A stretch of DNA of 64,000 bases from Alphaproteobacteria bacterium (lineage in GTDB: Bacteria > Pseudomonadota > Alphaproteobacteria > Bin95). The notes beneath the pieces were generated by a model. The model was not told the DNA's origin, searched no databases, and worked only from the letters and a program-made list of their open reading frames with translations. The position numbers were made by a program, and so were the translations under genes. The DNA is taken from NCBI GenBank assembly GCA_963665325.3, contig OZ224045.1, positions 1,888,001 through 1,952,000 on the forward strand, written 5' to 3'. Positions 50,433 through 59,352 of this stretch are shown here, piece after piece; within the stretch, counting starts at the first letter, position 1; every line of letters begins with the position of its first letter.

Positions 50433-52012
50433 GCCGACTGCAGCCTCGCCGATGCGGCCGGTTCCTGCAAGCCGGCGCGCGCCATGACGAAGGCGGGCAG
50501 GAGACCGGCGAAAGCCAGCAGGCCGACCGCCACGAACACGTCCTGGAAAGCCTGCGCCTCGGCCTGCGCCAGCACGACTTCGCCCAGATAGCGCGCCGCG
50601 GTCGCGCTCGCCTCCTCGGGCCCGAGCCCGCCGATGGCGGCCAGCCGGCCCACGCCCTCCAGCATCGCCTTGCTGGCGGCGTTGGCTGCCGTCTGCGTCG
50701 CCGTGAAGGCCTGGGCGAATACGCCCGTGCGCATTTCCAGCAGCACCACCAGCAGGTTGATGCCGCAGGCGCCGCCGAGCATCCGGGTAAAGTTCACCAG
50801 TCCCGATCCCTGCTGCAACTGGTCCGGGCGCACCGCTCTAAGCGACCCGGTGTTGAGAGAGGGGATGACGAAGGAGAGCCCGAAGCGGTTAATCATGATG
50901 AAGAACGCAAAGGTCCAGAAGGGCGTGTCGGCGTCGGCCGTGGACATGAGCAGGAAGCCGAGCCCGAATACGGCAAGCCCGGCCATGATCGGCCAGTGCG
51001 CCGGCACCATGTCGCTGATCCGCCCCGCGACCGGGAACATGACCGCCATCAGCAGGCCCGCCGGCACCATCAGCAGGCCCGCCCGCGTCGCCGTGTAGCC
51101 CTGCACTTCCTGCACGAAGACCGCGATGAGGTAGATCGAGCCGAACATGCTGAAGCCGAAGATGAAGCCGACGGCGAAGGCGGAGGCGAAACGCCCGTTG
51201 CGGAACAATGTCAGGTCGAGCAGGGGCGCCCGCGCTGCCAATTGGCGGAATATGAAGCCTGCCGTGGCGGCCGCGCCGAGGGCGAGTTCGAAGACGATTC
51301 TGTCTGAGCTCCACCCGATGCGCTGGCCGCTGGCGAGACCGTCGAGAAGGGCCACGATGGCCGTGACCAGAAGCAGGAAGCCCGGCCAGTCGAAGGCTGT
51401 GCGCGGGCCGACGGCCTCGCGCTCGGGCATGAAAACGAGGCCGAGCGGCAGGGCCGCCACGACGCCCGGCAGAGGGATCAGGAAGACCCAGCGCCAGTCG
51501 AAGCCGTCGATGGCGAGCCCGCCGAGCGCCGGGCCGAACGCCGGCGCCAGCACGACGCCCAGGCCGAATAGTCCCATCGCCGTGCCGCGCCGCTCGGGCG
51601 GGAACACGCGGAACAGGATCTGCATGGACAGCGGCTGCAGCAGCCCGCCGCAGGCGCCCTGGACGACGCGGGAAAGGATGACGACATCGAGGCTGGGCGC
51701 GGCCGCACCCGCGAAGGCGGCAGCGGTAAAGGCAAGAAGCGTCCCGGTGAGTACTGCCCTGGCGCCGAAATGGCGGACCAGCCAGGCATTGAGCAGCATG
51801 CCGGCCGTCATGGCGGCGAAATAGCCGGTTGCGACCCATTGCGCGCGGTCCTGCCCCACGCCGAATGCGCCCATGATGTGCGGCACGGCCACGGTGACGC
51901 TCGTCGCGGAGAGCACCATGGCGATCATGGCGACCAGCGCCGTGCCGCTCGCCCACCACCGATATTGCGCCCCGAAGCGCTCCGTCAGGACCTCAACGGT
52001 CTCGGACGTCAA
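50429..52012 (-). CDS. DHA2 MFS efflux permease (EmrB-like)
   Basis: QWVATGY, RVVQG, FPPERRG, APAFGP, WRWVF; 14-TM pattern. Confidence 0.9.
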   Translation of the reverse strand: MTSETVEVLTERFGAQYRWWASGTALVAMIAMVLSATSVTVAVPHIMGAFGVGQDRAQWVATGYFAAMTAGMLLNAWLVRHFGARAVLTGTLLAFTAAAFAGAAAPSLDVVILSRVVQGACGGLLQPLSMQILFRVFPPERRGTAMGLFGLGVVLAPAFGPALGGLAIDGFDWRWVFLIPLPGVVAALPLGLVFMPEREAVGPRTAFDWPGFLLLVTAIVALLDGLASGQRIGWSSDRIVFELALGAAATAGFIFRQLAARAPLLDLTLFRNGRFASAFAVGFIFGFSMFGSIYLIAVFVQEVQGYTATRAGLLMVPAGLLMAVMFPVAGRISDMVPAHWPIMAGLAVFGLGFLLMSTADADTPFWTFAFFIMINRFGLSFVIPSLNTGSLRAVRPDQLQQGSGLVNFTRMLGGACGINLLVVLLEMRTGVFAQAFTATQTAANAASKAMLEGVGRLAAIGGLGPEEASATAARYLGEVVLAQAEAQAFQDVFVAVGLLAFAGLLPAFVMARAGLQEPAASARLQSA

Positions 52013-53129
52013 TGTTCACTTCCACCATCATTCCCGGCAGGAGCGTCATGTCGTTGCGCTCCAGGGCGATGCGCACGGGCACGCGCTGGGTGATCTTGGT
52101 GAAATTTCCGCTCGGGTTGGGTGTGGGAAGCAGGGCGAAGTTGGCGGTGGTGGTGCTGCCGATGCGCTCGACGGTGCCCGTGAACTCGGTGTCGGGATAG
52201 GCGTCCACGGAAACGGCCACCGCCTGGCCAACCCTGAGCCGGCTGAGCTCAGTCTCCTTGATATTGGCTTCGATCCAGAGCTCGCCCGGGTCGTGAAGCA
52301 TCAGCATGCGTTGGCCGTCATTCACGTATTCGCCCTGCTCGACGAAGATACGGTCGATCAGTCCGTCGTTGGGTGCGCGCAGCAGCCGGTCGTCCACATC
52401 GACCCGCTGCTGGTCGAGCTCCGCCATCAGCCGGGCGGTCCGGTGGTCCAGCATGGCGAGCTCGGAATCGGTCACTTCGAGGCGCCGGCGCTCCGCCTCC
52501 GCCTCGGCCATCTGGGCGCGTGCGGCCTGGGTTTCGGCATCGACCTTCTGCAGGTCGGCCTCGATCCGGTCCACTTTGGAGTTGGCCTGGTCGAGGGCAT
52601 GTTTCGAGACGACCCGACGCTCGTAGAGCGCCCTGGCGCGGCGGAGTTCGGAGCGCGCGAGGTCGAGGTCCGTCAACAGTACCGAGCGGCCGGCCTTGCT
52701 CGCACGGACATCGCTCTCGCGGCTGAGCATCCTTGTCGAGGTCTGCGCATCCATGACGCCGCGCTCGACGAGCAACCGGCGCCGCTCCGCTTCGAGCCCG
52801 GCCAGTTCGGCTTCGATGCCTTGCACCCTGAGCTTCGGGATCCGGTCGTCGAGGCGCGCCAGCACCTGACCGGTCTCCACGCGGTCTCCTTCATCGACCG
52901 CTAGTTCGAGGATTACGCCCTCCACCTTGCTCGCAAGCGTCACCATGTTCGCCTTGATGCGCGCATCGTATTCGTGGACATGCGTGAAGCGGTCCCACAC
53001 CTCGCGCCCGCCATAGGCCAGCGCCGCGCAGGCGATGACGGCAATGGCGAGATAGCGCAGCCGCCGCATGGCGCCGCCGCGTCGCGCCGGCGGCGGGGGC
53101 GCGGCAGCGGTCTCAGGCGTTTCAGCCAT
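51993..53129 (-). CDS. HlyD/EmrA-type membrane fusion protein
   Basis: ANIKET, VDAYP, NPSGNFTKITQRVPVRI, PGMMV. Confidence 0.92.
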   Translation of the reverse strand: MAETPETAAAPPPPARRGGAMRRLRYLAIAVIACAALAYGGREVWDRFTHVHEYDARIKANMVTLASKVEGVILELAVDEGDRVETGQVLARLDDRIPKLRVQGIEAELAGLEAERRRLLVERGVMDAQTSTRMLSRESDVRASKAGRSVLLTDLDLARSELRRARALYERRVVSKHALDQANSKVDRIEADLQKVDAETQAARAQMAEAEAERRRLEVTDSELAMLDHRTARLMAELDQQRVDVDDRLLRAPNDGLIDRIFVEQGEYVNDGQRMLMLHDPGELWIEANIKETELSRLRVGQAVAVSVDAYPDTEFTGTVERIGSTTTANFALLPTPNPSGNFTKITQRVPVRIALERNDMTLLPGMMVEVNIDVRDR

Positions 53130-53610
53130 GGTCCCTGTCCTCGTTCAGCCCTTCGAGACGGTTCCGTATTGCGTTGAAGACATGGAGGCAGACGTCGAGT
53201 TGCTGCGGGTCGATATCCTGCGTCAGCTCCTGGCGAAGCTCCCTGCCGACCCGGTCGATCTCCTCCAGCAGTGGCAGGGCAGCCGGCGTCAGCCGGACCG
53301 TCTTGGCGCGCCGGTCGCTGGGCGAGTCCCGCCGCTCGATCAGCCCGTCGCGGGCGAGCGCGTCGAGCTGCGGCACGAGCGTCGAGTCCCTGATGCCGAC
53401 GCGGAGCGCGAGGCGGCCCTGCGTCAGCCCATCGGGATAGGCGCTGAGATGGATCAGCGCTGCCCAGCGCGCCTGCGAGACGCCGAGCGGCTTCAGCCGC
53501 GCGTCGAGCGCCTGGCGCCAGAGCCGCGATAGCACCGCCAGCTTCAGGCCGAAGCGGTGGTCGCTCTCCAGTCCCGACGTGCTGCCTGTCTTCGCTTCCT
53601 CATAATTCAT
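53122..53610 (-). CDS. MarR/SlyA-family regulator
   Basis: LGVSQARW, LTQGRLA, DRRAKTVRLT. Confidence 0.9.
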   Translation of the reverse strand: MNYEEAKTGSTSGLESDHRFGLKLAVLSRLWRQALDARLKPLGVSQARWAALIHLSAYPDGLTQGRLALRVGIRDSTLVPQLDALARDGLIERRDSPSDRRAKTVRLTPAALPLLEEIDRVGRELRQELTQDIDPQQLDVCLHVFNAIRNRLEGLNEDRDHG

Positions 53611-53786
53611 TGCCTATATATTAGGACACAAAAGATTCGTATGGAAGGGTTTTTCAGCGGGTTCATGTGCAGCTCGAACTTGAAATGCGGGCAACCGATT
53701 GACAGCCGCGGTACGATCCACACCGTCGGCCTTGCAGTGGCAGGAAGCCCCTATATAATGAAGATTATATAGGTGGGAGAAGTCGG

Positions 53787-54014
53787 ATGCTTTCCTTCAA
53801 GGTCACCAGGATTGGCGCATCGTCCGGCGTGATCCTCACCAAGGAGGTAATGGCACGGTTGCGGGTGAAGAAGGGCGACACACTTTACCTGACGGAGGCA
53901 CCGGGCGGTGGCTACCGGCTGACGCCCTACGATCCCGATTTCGAGCGGCAGATGAAGCTGGCCGAAGAAATCATGCACGATGACCGGGAGGTGCTGCGGG
54001 CGCTGGCGAGGTGA
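53787..54014 (+). CDS. AbrB/MazE-type antitoxin
   Basis: KVTRIGASSGVIL, GDTLYL, PYDPDFERQM; overlaps the toxin start. Confidence 0.85.
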   Translation: MLSFKVTRIGASSGVILTKEVMARLRVKKGDTLYLTEAPGGGYRLTPYDPDFERQMKLAEEIMHDDREVLRALAR

Positions 54015-54412
54015 CCGAACCGCGCGGTGGCCCGTGGCGTTGGGTCCCGGCGACGGTCGTTTTCGCCGTCCACGACAGCCAAATCGCCGAGCACGGTGGC
54101 GCTGGCGGCCTGCGAGACGGTGGCGCACTGGAGGCCGCTTTGGCGCGCCCCCTGAATCTCGAAGCCTATGGCCGACCCGACATTGCAGACCTGGCGGCAG
54201 CGTACATCTACGGCCTTGCCAGGAGCCACGCCTTTACAGACGGCAACAAGCGCACGGCCTGGGTTACCGGCCGCCTCTTCCCGGCCGACAACGGGGCCCG
54301 CCTCGAATTCGATCCGTACGATGCGATCCGCCTCATGGAGAGCGTAGCCGCGGACAAGGTCTCCGAGACCGAGCTCGCTGTCTGGCTCAGATCGCGGCTG
54401 GCAAGCCCGTGA
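54011..54412 (+). CDS. doc: Doc/Fic-family toxin
   Basis: GGLRDGGALEAALARP, HAFTDGNKRTA. Confidence 0.87.
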   Translation: MTEPRGGPWRWVPATVVFAVHDSQIAEHGGAGGLRDGGALEAALARPLNLEAYGRPDIADLAAAYIYGLARSHAFTDGNKRTAWVTGRLFPADNGARLEFDPYDAIRLMESVAADKVSETELAVWLRSRLASP

Positions 54413-54419
54413 CGATTGG

Positions 54420-55280
54420 CTAGTCCTTGGGCCTGTCTTCCCAGGAGACGACCGTCTGGCGGGCTTCGCCGAGACCTTCTATGCCGAGATGGACCTCGTC
54501 GCCGACATCCAGGAAGCGCGGCGGCTTCATGCCGCCGCCGACGCCGGGCGGCGTGCCGGTCATGATGACATCGCCGGGCATCAGCGTCATGAAACGGCTG
54601 GCATAGGCGACGGCCTGGACCACCGAAAAGATCATCTTGCCGGTGTTGCCGGTCTGCATCCGCTCGCCGTTCACATTCAGGAACATGTCGAGGTTCTGCA
54701 CGTCGGCGATCTCGTCCGTCGTCACCAGCCAGGGGCCGATGGGGGCGAAGCTGTCATGGCTCTTGCCCTTGGTCCACTGGCCGGACCGTTTGGTCTGGAA
54801 CTCGCGCTCGGAGACATCGTTGCCGAGCGCGAAGCCCGCCACATGGTCCATGACCTCGCTTTCGCCGATATATTGCGCCTTCGTGCCCATGACGACGACA
54901 AGCTCGACCTCCCAGTCGAGCATGGTCGCATCGACCGGCTTGACGATGGGATCGTTCGGTCCTGTAAGCGCCGTAATCGGCTTCTGGAAGTAGATCGCGT
55001 CCTTCGGGATCGGCGCGCCTACCTCATTGGCATGGTCGATATAGTTGAGGCCGACGCAGAGCACCTTGGCCGTGCCGGCAATCGGCAGGCCGAGGCGCGG
55101 CGACCCGGAGACTTCCGGCAGGCCGGCCGGGTCGAGGCCCGCCAGACGTTCGAGGCCCGCGGGCGAAATCGCTTCCGGTCCCAGATCGGCAATCGTGCCG
55201 GAGAGGTCGCGAATGGCGCCTGCCGCGTCGAGCAGGCCCGGCTTCTCCTGGCCCCTCGGGCCGTAACGCAATAATTTCAT
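54420..55280 (-). CDS. Fumarylacetoacetate hydrolase-family protein
   Basis: CVGLNY, DWEVEL, NDVSER, KGKS, TGTPPGVG. Confidence 0.92.
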   Translation of the reverse strand: MKLLRYGPRGQEKPGLLDAAGAIRDLSGTIADLGPEAISPAGLERLAGLDPAGLPEVSGSPRLGLPIAGTAKVLCVGLNYIDHANEVGAPIPKDAIYFQKPITALTGPNDPIVKPVDATMLDWEVELVVVMGTKAQYIGESEVMDHVAGFALGNDVSEREFQTKRSGQWTKGKSHDSFAPIGPWLVTTDEIADVQNLDMFLNVNGERMQTGNTGKMIFSVVQAVAYASRFMTLMPGDVIMTGTPPGVGGGMKPPRFLDVGDEVHLGIEGLGEARQTVVSWEDRPKD

Positions 55281-55283
55281 CTT

Positions 55284-56492
55284 CTACTCCGCCGCTTCGG
55301 CCGTTGTTTCCGTCATCTCGCCGACGGCTCCGGCCGCCACGAGCTCTTCCACCTGCCCCGGCGTCCAGCCTTCGCGGAGCAGGATTTCGCGCGAGTGCTC
55401 GCCGATATGCGGGGCCGTGTCGAGCGCCTCGTCGGAACCGACTTTCGGCAGTCCCGGAACGTTCGAGACCGGCAGGGCGCCCGGCATGCCGGGATGCTCT
55501 AGCCAGGCGACGCTCTCCACCGCCTTCACATGCTCGTCGGCGAGGAAGCGGTCATAGGTCGAAACCAGCGCATTCATCACGCCGGCCTCGGTCAGCGCCT
55601 CGGCCCATTCGGCAGTCGTGCGCTTCATGAACTCGGCCCGGACGATCGGCATCAGCTCCGCCTCGCGCTCGATGCGCTTCTCGCGGGCGTTGTAGCGCGG
55701 GTCGTCGGCCAGTTCCTCGCGTCCCAGCACCTTGCAGAGCGAGACATAGTGGTGCTCGCGCATGGCGGTGACATTGATGAATCCGTCGGCGGTCTGCATC
55801 GTGCCGACCGGCACGTAAAGCACCTGCGGCGCGCCGCCTTCCAGGTGATGCTCCATGACCTTGGCGGACTGGAACGCCGCCGCCGACTGCATCAGCGAGC
55901 AGTCGATATAGGCGCCCTTGCCGAAGCGGAACTTGCGCAGCAGCGCGGATGATATGGCCTGGTAGGCGTAGAGCCCGGTCATCACGTCGATGGCGATCAT
56001 GCCGATGCGCTGCGGTGTGCCGGAGGTGTCGCGGTTGATCGACATCCAACCCGAGAACGCCTGGATCACCGAATCGGTAACCGGCAGGCGGTTGTAGGGG
56101 CCGTCCTGGCCGAAGCCGGTGACCGAGAGGTAGATGACCTCCGGATTGACGGCCTTCACCTGCTCATAGCCGATGCCGAAGCGCGCCATGACGCCGGGGC
56201 GGAAGCTCTCGACGACGACATCGGCCTCCGAGGCGAGCTTGAAGGCGACCTCCTGCGCGGCCTTGTTCTTCATGTCCATCGCGAGCGATTTCTTGCCGCG
56301 GTTGAACACGACGGAATGGGCGCACTGGTCTCCGTAGGTCTTGCCTAGCGTGCGCCCCCAGTCGCCGTCGAGCGGCTCCAGCTTGGTGACTTCCGCGCCG
56401 TGTTGCGCGAGCAGCATCGTGCTGTGCGGGCCGGCGACGCCCTGGGTGGCGTCGAAGACCTTGACGCCCTCCAGGGGCAGGGGTGTCGGCAT
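55284..56492 (-). CDS. Class III CoA transferase (CaiB/BaiF)
   Basis: AGP, GAEVTKLE, NRGKKS, ESFRPG, GFGQDGPY, APHIGEH. Confidence 0.92.
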   Translation of the reverse strand: MPTPLPLEGVKVFDATQGVAGPHSTMLLAQHGAEVTKLEPLDGDWGRTLGKTYGDQCAHSVVFNRGKKSLAMDMKNKAAQEVAFKLASEADVVVESFRPGVMARFGIGYEQVKAVNPEVIYLSVTGFGQDGPYNRLPVTDSVIQAFSGWMSINRDTSGTPQRIGMIAIDVMTGLYAYQAISSALLRKFRFGKGAYIDCSLMQSAAAFQSAKVMEHHLEGGAPQVLYVPVGTMQTADGFINVTAMREHHYVSLCKVLGREELADDPRYNAREKRIEREAELMPIVRAEFMKRTTAEWAEALTEAGVMNALVSTYDRFLADEHVKAVESVAWLEHPGMPGALPVSNVPGLPKVGSDEALDTAPHIGEHSREILLREGWTPGQVEELVAAGAVGEMTETTAEAAE

Positions 56493-56641
56493 GGCTCGAA
56501 TGTCTCCTCGCCCGCATGAGGGCGTGCAGCGAAAAGCGGATTCGCGGAATATCGGGCGGCGGCAGCAGCGAAGTCAATGCGCTTGCCGGGCGGCGCATGC
56601 GCGCGGCAGAGTGGGGCAATCGAGCGGGGAGGAGCCGACCC

Positions 56642-57406
56642 ATGCGCCTGCGCCTCAGGCAGATTTGCCTTGTTGCCCGCGACCTGGAGCCGGTCGTGGC
56701 GGACCTGAAGCGCGTCTTCGGGCTGGAGGTCTGTTATGTGGACGATGCCGTTGCGGCCTACGGCCTGGTGAACGCGTTGCTGCCTGTCGGCCACCAGTTC
56801 CTGGAGGTCGTTGCGCCGACGCGGCCGGGCACCGCCGCCGGACGTTATCTGGACCGGCGCGGCGGCGACGGCGGCTACATGGTCATCACGCAGTGCCCCG
56901 ACCTGGGGGCGAGGCGGCACCGGGTCGCCGAGCTCGGCGTGAGAATCGCCAACCCGCTGGAGCACGGCGATTTCCAGGGTATGCAGCTTCACCCCAAGGA
57001 CACGGGCGGCGCCTTCTTCGAGATCGACTGCCAGCAGGGAGGCGAGGCGGAGGACGGCCCTTGGCATCCCGCGGGTCCCGGGTGGAAGCCTCATGTCCGC
57101 ACGGACATCGTTTCCGCGATTGTCGCCGCCGAGCTGCAGAGCCCCGATCCCGAACGGCTGGCCGCCCGCTGGAGCCAGATCGCTGAAATCCCGCTCGAAC
57201 GGGACGGGCAGGGCGCCGTGGTAATGCCGTTCGACAATGCCGAGTTGCGGTTCGTCGAGGCCGTGGACGGGCGCGGCGAAGGGCTGGCCGGGCTCGACCT
57301 CAGGGGCGAGGACGCCGAGGCGGCCTTTGCCAATGCGCGGGCGGCGGGACTGCCGGTCGAGGACGGCGTCATCGCGCTCGGGGGCATGCGCTTCCGCCTC
57401 GTGTGA
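56642..57406 (+). CDS. VOC/glyoxalase-like protein
   Basis: LRQICLVARDL, FLEVVAP, GGDGGYMVI, QLHPKD. Confidence 0.8.
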   Translation: MRLRLRQICLVARDLEPVVADLKRVFGLEVCYVDDAVAAYGLVNALLPVGHQFLEVVAPTRPGTAAGRYLDRRGGDGGYMVITQCPDLGARRHRVAELGVRIANPLEHGDFQGMQLHPKDTGGAFFEIDCQQGGEAEDGPWHPAGPGWKPHVRTDIVSAIVAAELQSPDPERLAARWSQIAEIPLERDGQGAVVMPFDNAELRFVEAVDGRGEGLAGLDLRGEDAEAAFANARAAGLPVEDGVIALGGMRFRLV

Positions 57407-57449
57407 CGGCTGCTATGCTTTCCGGCGAAAGAAGTTGGGAGGCGAGGCC

Positions 57450-58532
57450 ATGGATTTCGGCTATTTCGGCCTGATGGGCTACCGCGAGCGGGGCACCCCG
57501 CCGCAGCGCGTGTTCGAGGAGCATATCGAGCAGGTGCGCCAGGCGGATCGGCTCGGCTTCGGAATCGCGTGGTTCGCGGAGCACCATTTCTCCAACTACT
57601 GCATCTGCCCCTCGCCGCTGCTGATGGCGGCGCGCTGCGCCGGGGAGACGCAGCGGATCAAGCTCGCCCCGGCCGTCGTGGTGACGCCGCTTTACCAGCC
57701 CGCGCGGGTGCTGGCCGAGATCGGCATGGTGGATGCCTGCTCGGAAGGCCGGCTCGTCCTCGGGGTCGGCAGCGGCTACCAGCCTTACGAGTTTGAGCGC
57801 TTCGGCCAGGACCTCGCCGAGGCGCGGCCGCGGCTGGAAGAGTTCCTCGACATGATGGAGCTCGCCTTCGACAACGAGACCTTCAGCTACGAAGGCAAGC
57901 ACTACCGCATGCCCGAGACCCATATCAGCGCGCGCCCGGTCAATGGCCGGCCGGATGTCTGGGTCGCCGGAGACGGGGATGTCGGCCACCGCCTCTGCGC
58001 CCGGCGCGGCTATTCGCCCATGTTCACCGGAAGGTGGCTGGGCGCGGAATACCTGGCCGGGATGCGCGAGCGCATTGCCGAGGCCTACCGGGCCGAGGGC
58101 TGCGACCCGGAGACGATGCGGATCGGCTTCCAGCGCTTCCTCTGCGTGACCGAAAGCCGCGCCGAGACGCTAGCCTATGTCGATAATGCCCGCCACCAGA
58201 TGCGTCTCGCCTCGGCCTTGCGCCGGCGCGCCGAGGTCATGGACGGGGCGATGATGACCGAGGTGCCGATGCCGAACGAACTGTCTCTCGAAGAAATCGC
58301 CGACAATCTGCTGGTCGGCGACTGCGAGACCATCGCGGAGCGGCTTTGCGCCGAAATCCGCGCCGCGCGGCCGGCCCACATAATGTTCCACTTCCAGGTC
58401 GGCGGCTCCTCGCACAGCGCGGCGCTCGACAGCATGGAGAAGCTGATGACCGACATCCGCCCGATGGTGGAGAAGGAACTCGGGCCGCTTGCCGACTACG
58501 GCGCGCCGTCTCGCCCGCAGGCGGCGGAGTAG
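57450..58532 (+). CDS. Luciferase-like flavin-dependent oxidoreductase
   Basis: WFAEHHFS, GRLVLGVGSGYQ, LVGD. Confidence 0.88.
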   Translation: MDFGYFGLMGYRERGTPPQRVFEEHIEQVRQADRLGFGIAWFAEHHFSNYCICPSPLLMAARCAGETQRIKLAPAVVVTPLYQPARVLAEIGMVDACSEGRLVLGVGSGYQPYEFERFGQDLAEARPRLEEFLDMMELAFDNETFSYEGKHYRMPETHISARPVNGRPDVWVAGDGDVGHRLCARRGYSPMFTGRWLGAEYLAGMRERIAEAYRAEGCDPETMRIGFQRFLCVTESRAETLAYVDNARHQMRLASALRRRAEVMDGAMMTEVPMPNELSLEEIADNLLVGDCETIAERLCAEIRAARPAHIMFHFQVGGSSHSAALDSMEKLMTDIRPMVEKELGPLADYGAPSRPQAAE

Positions 58533-58537
58533 GGCCC

Positions 58538-59329
58538 ATGTCCGACCATCTGCTGGAGCGCCATGAGAACGGCGTCGCCTGGCTGACTCTGAATCGGCCC
58601 GAGCGGCTGAACGCGCTGACCGACGACATGCTGGACGGCCTGCTTGCGGTCATGCAGCGTCTTTCGGCGGACCGGGAGACCGGATGCGTCGTGCTCTCCG
58701 GGGCCGGGCGCGGCTTTTCCGCCGGCGGGGATGTGAAGGGCATGGCTGCCGGTTCGCACCAGGACGACACGCTGGAGGGTCGCACGCAGTCGCTCCGCAA
58801 CCGCATGGAGGTGAGCCGGATCGTCCACGAGATGCCGAAGCCAGTCATCGCCATGATCCGCGGCCCGGCGGCTGGCGCCAGCCTGTCGATCGCACTCGCC
58901 TGCGACATGCGGGTCGCCAGCGAAACGGCGCTGATTACCACCGGATTCGCGCAGGTGGCGCTCTCCGGCGACTTCGGCGGCTCCTGGTTCCTGACCCGGC
59001 TCGTCGGCCCGGCAAAGGCGAAGGAACTCTACATGACGGCCGCGCGCCTCGGCGCGGAAGAGGCGCTGGCGCTCGGCATTCTGAACCGGGTCGTTCCCGA
59101 TGACGCGCTGGAGGCGGAGACGGCCGCGCTGGCGGAGAGCCTCGCCGCCGGCCCGCGCATCACGCTCGCCTACATGAAGCAGACGCTCAACGGCGCGGTC
59201 ACCGCCTCGCTGTCCGAGACGCTCGACACGGAAGCCCGCAACCATTCCCGCTCCGGCCTGACAGAGGACCATCTCGAAGCGGCAAAGGCCTTCGTCGAAA
59301 AGCGCAAGCCGGTCTTCTCGGGGCGGTAG
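58538..59329 (+). CDS. Enoyl-CoA hydratase/isomerase
   Basis: LNRPERLNAL, FSAGGDV, ALACDMR, SGDFGG, EKRKPVF. Confidence 0.9.
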   Translation: MSDHLLERHENGVAWLTLNRPERLNALTDDMLDGLLAVMQRLSADRETGCVVLSGAGRGFSAGGDVKGMAAGSHQDDTLEGRTQSLRNRMEVSRIVHEMPKPVIAMIRGPAAGASLSIALACDMRVASETALITTGFAQVALSGDFGGSWFLTRLVGPAKAKELYMTAARLGAEEALALGILNRVVPDDALEAETAALAESLAAGPRITLAYMKQTLNGAVTASLSETLDTEARNHSRSGLTEDHLEAAKAFVEKRKPVFSGR

Positions 59330-59352
59330 CGGCCAGCGGCGTTACTGTCCCC

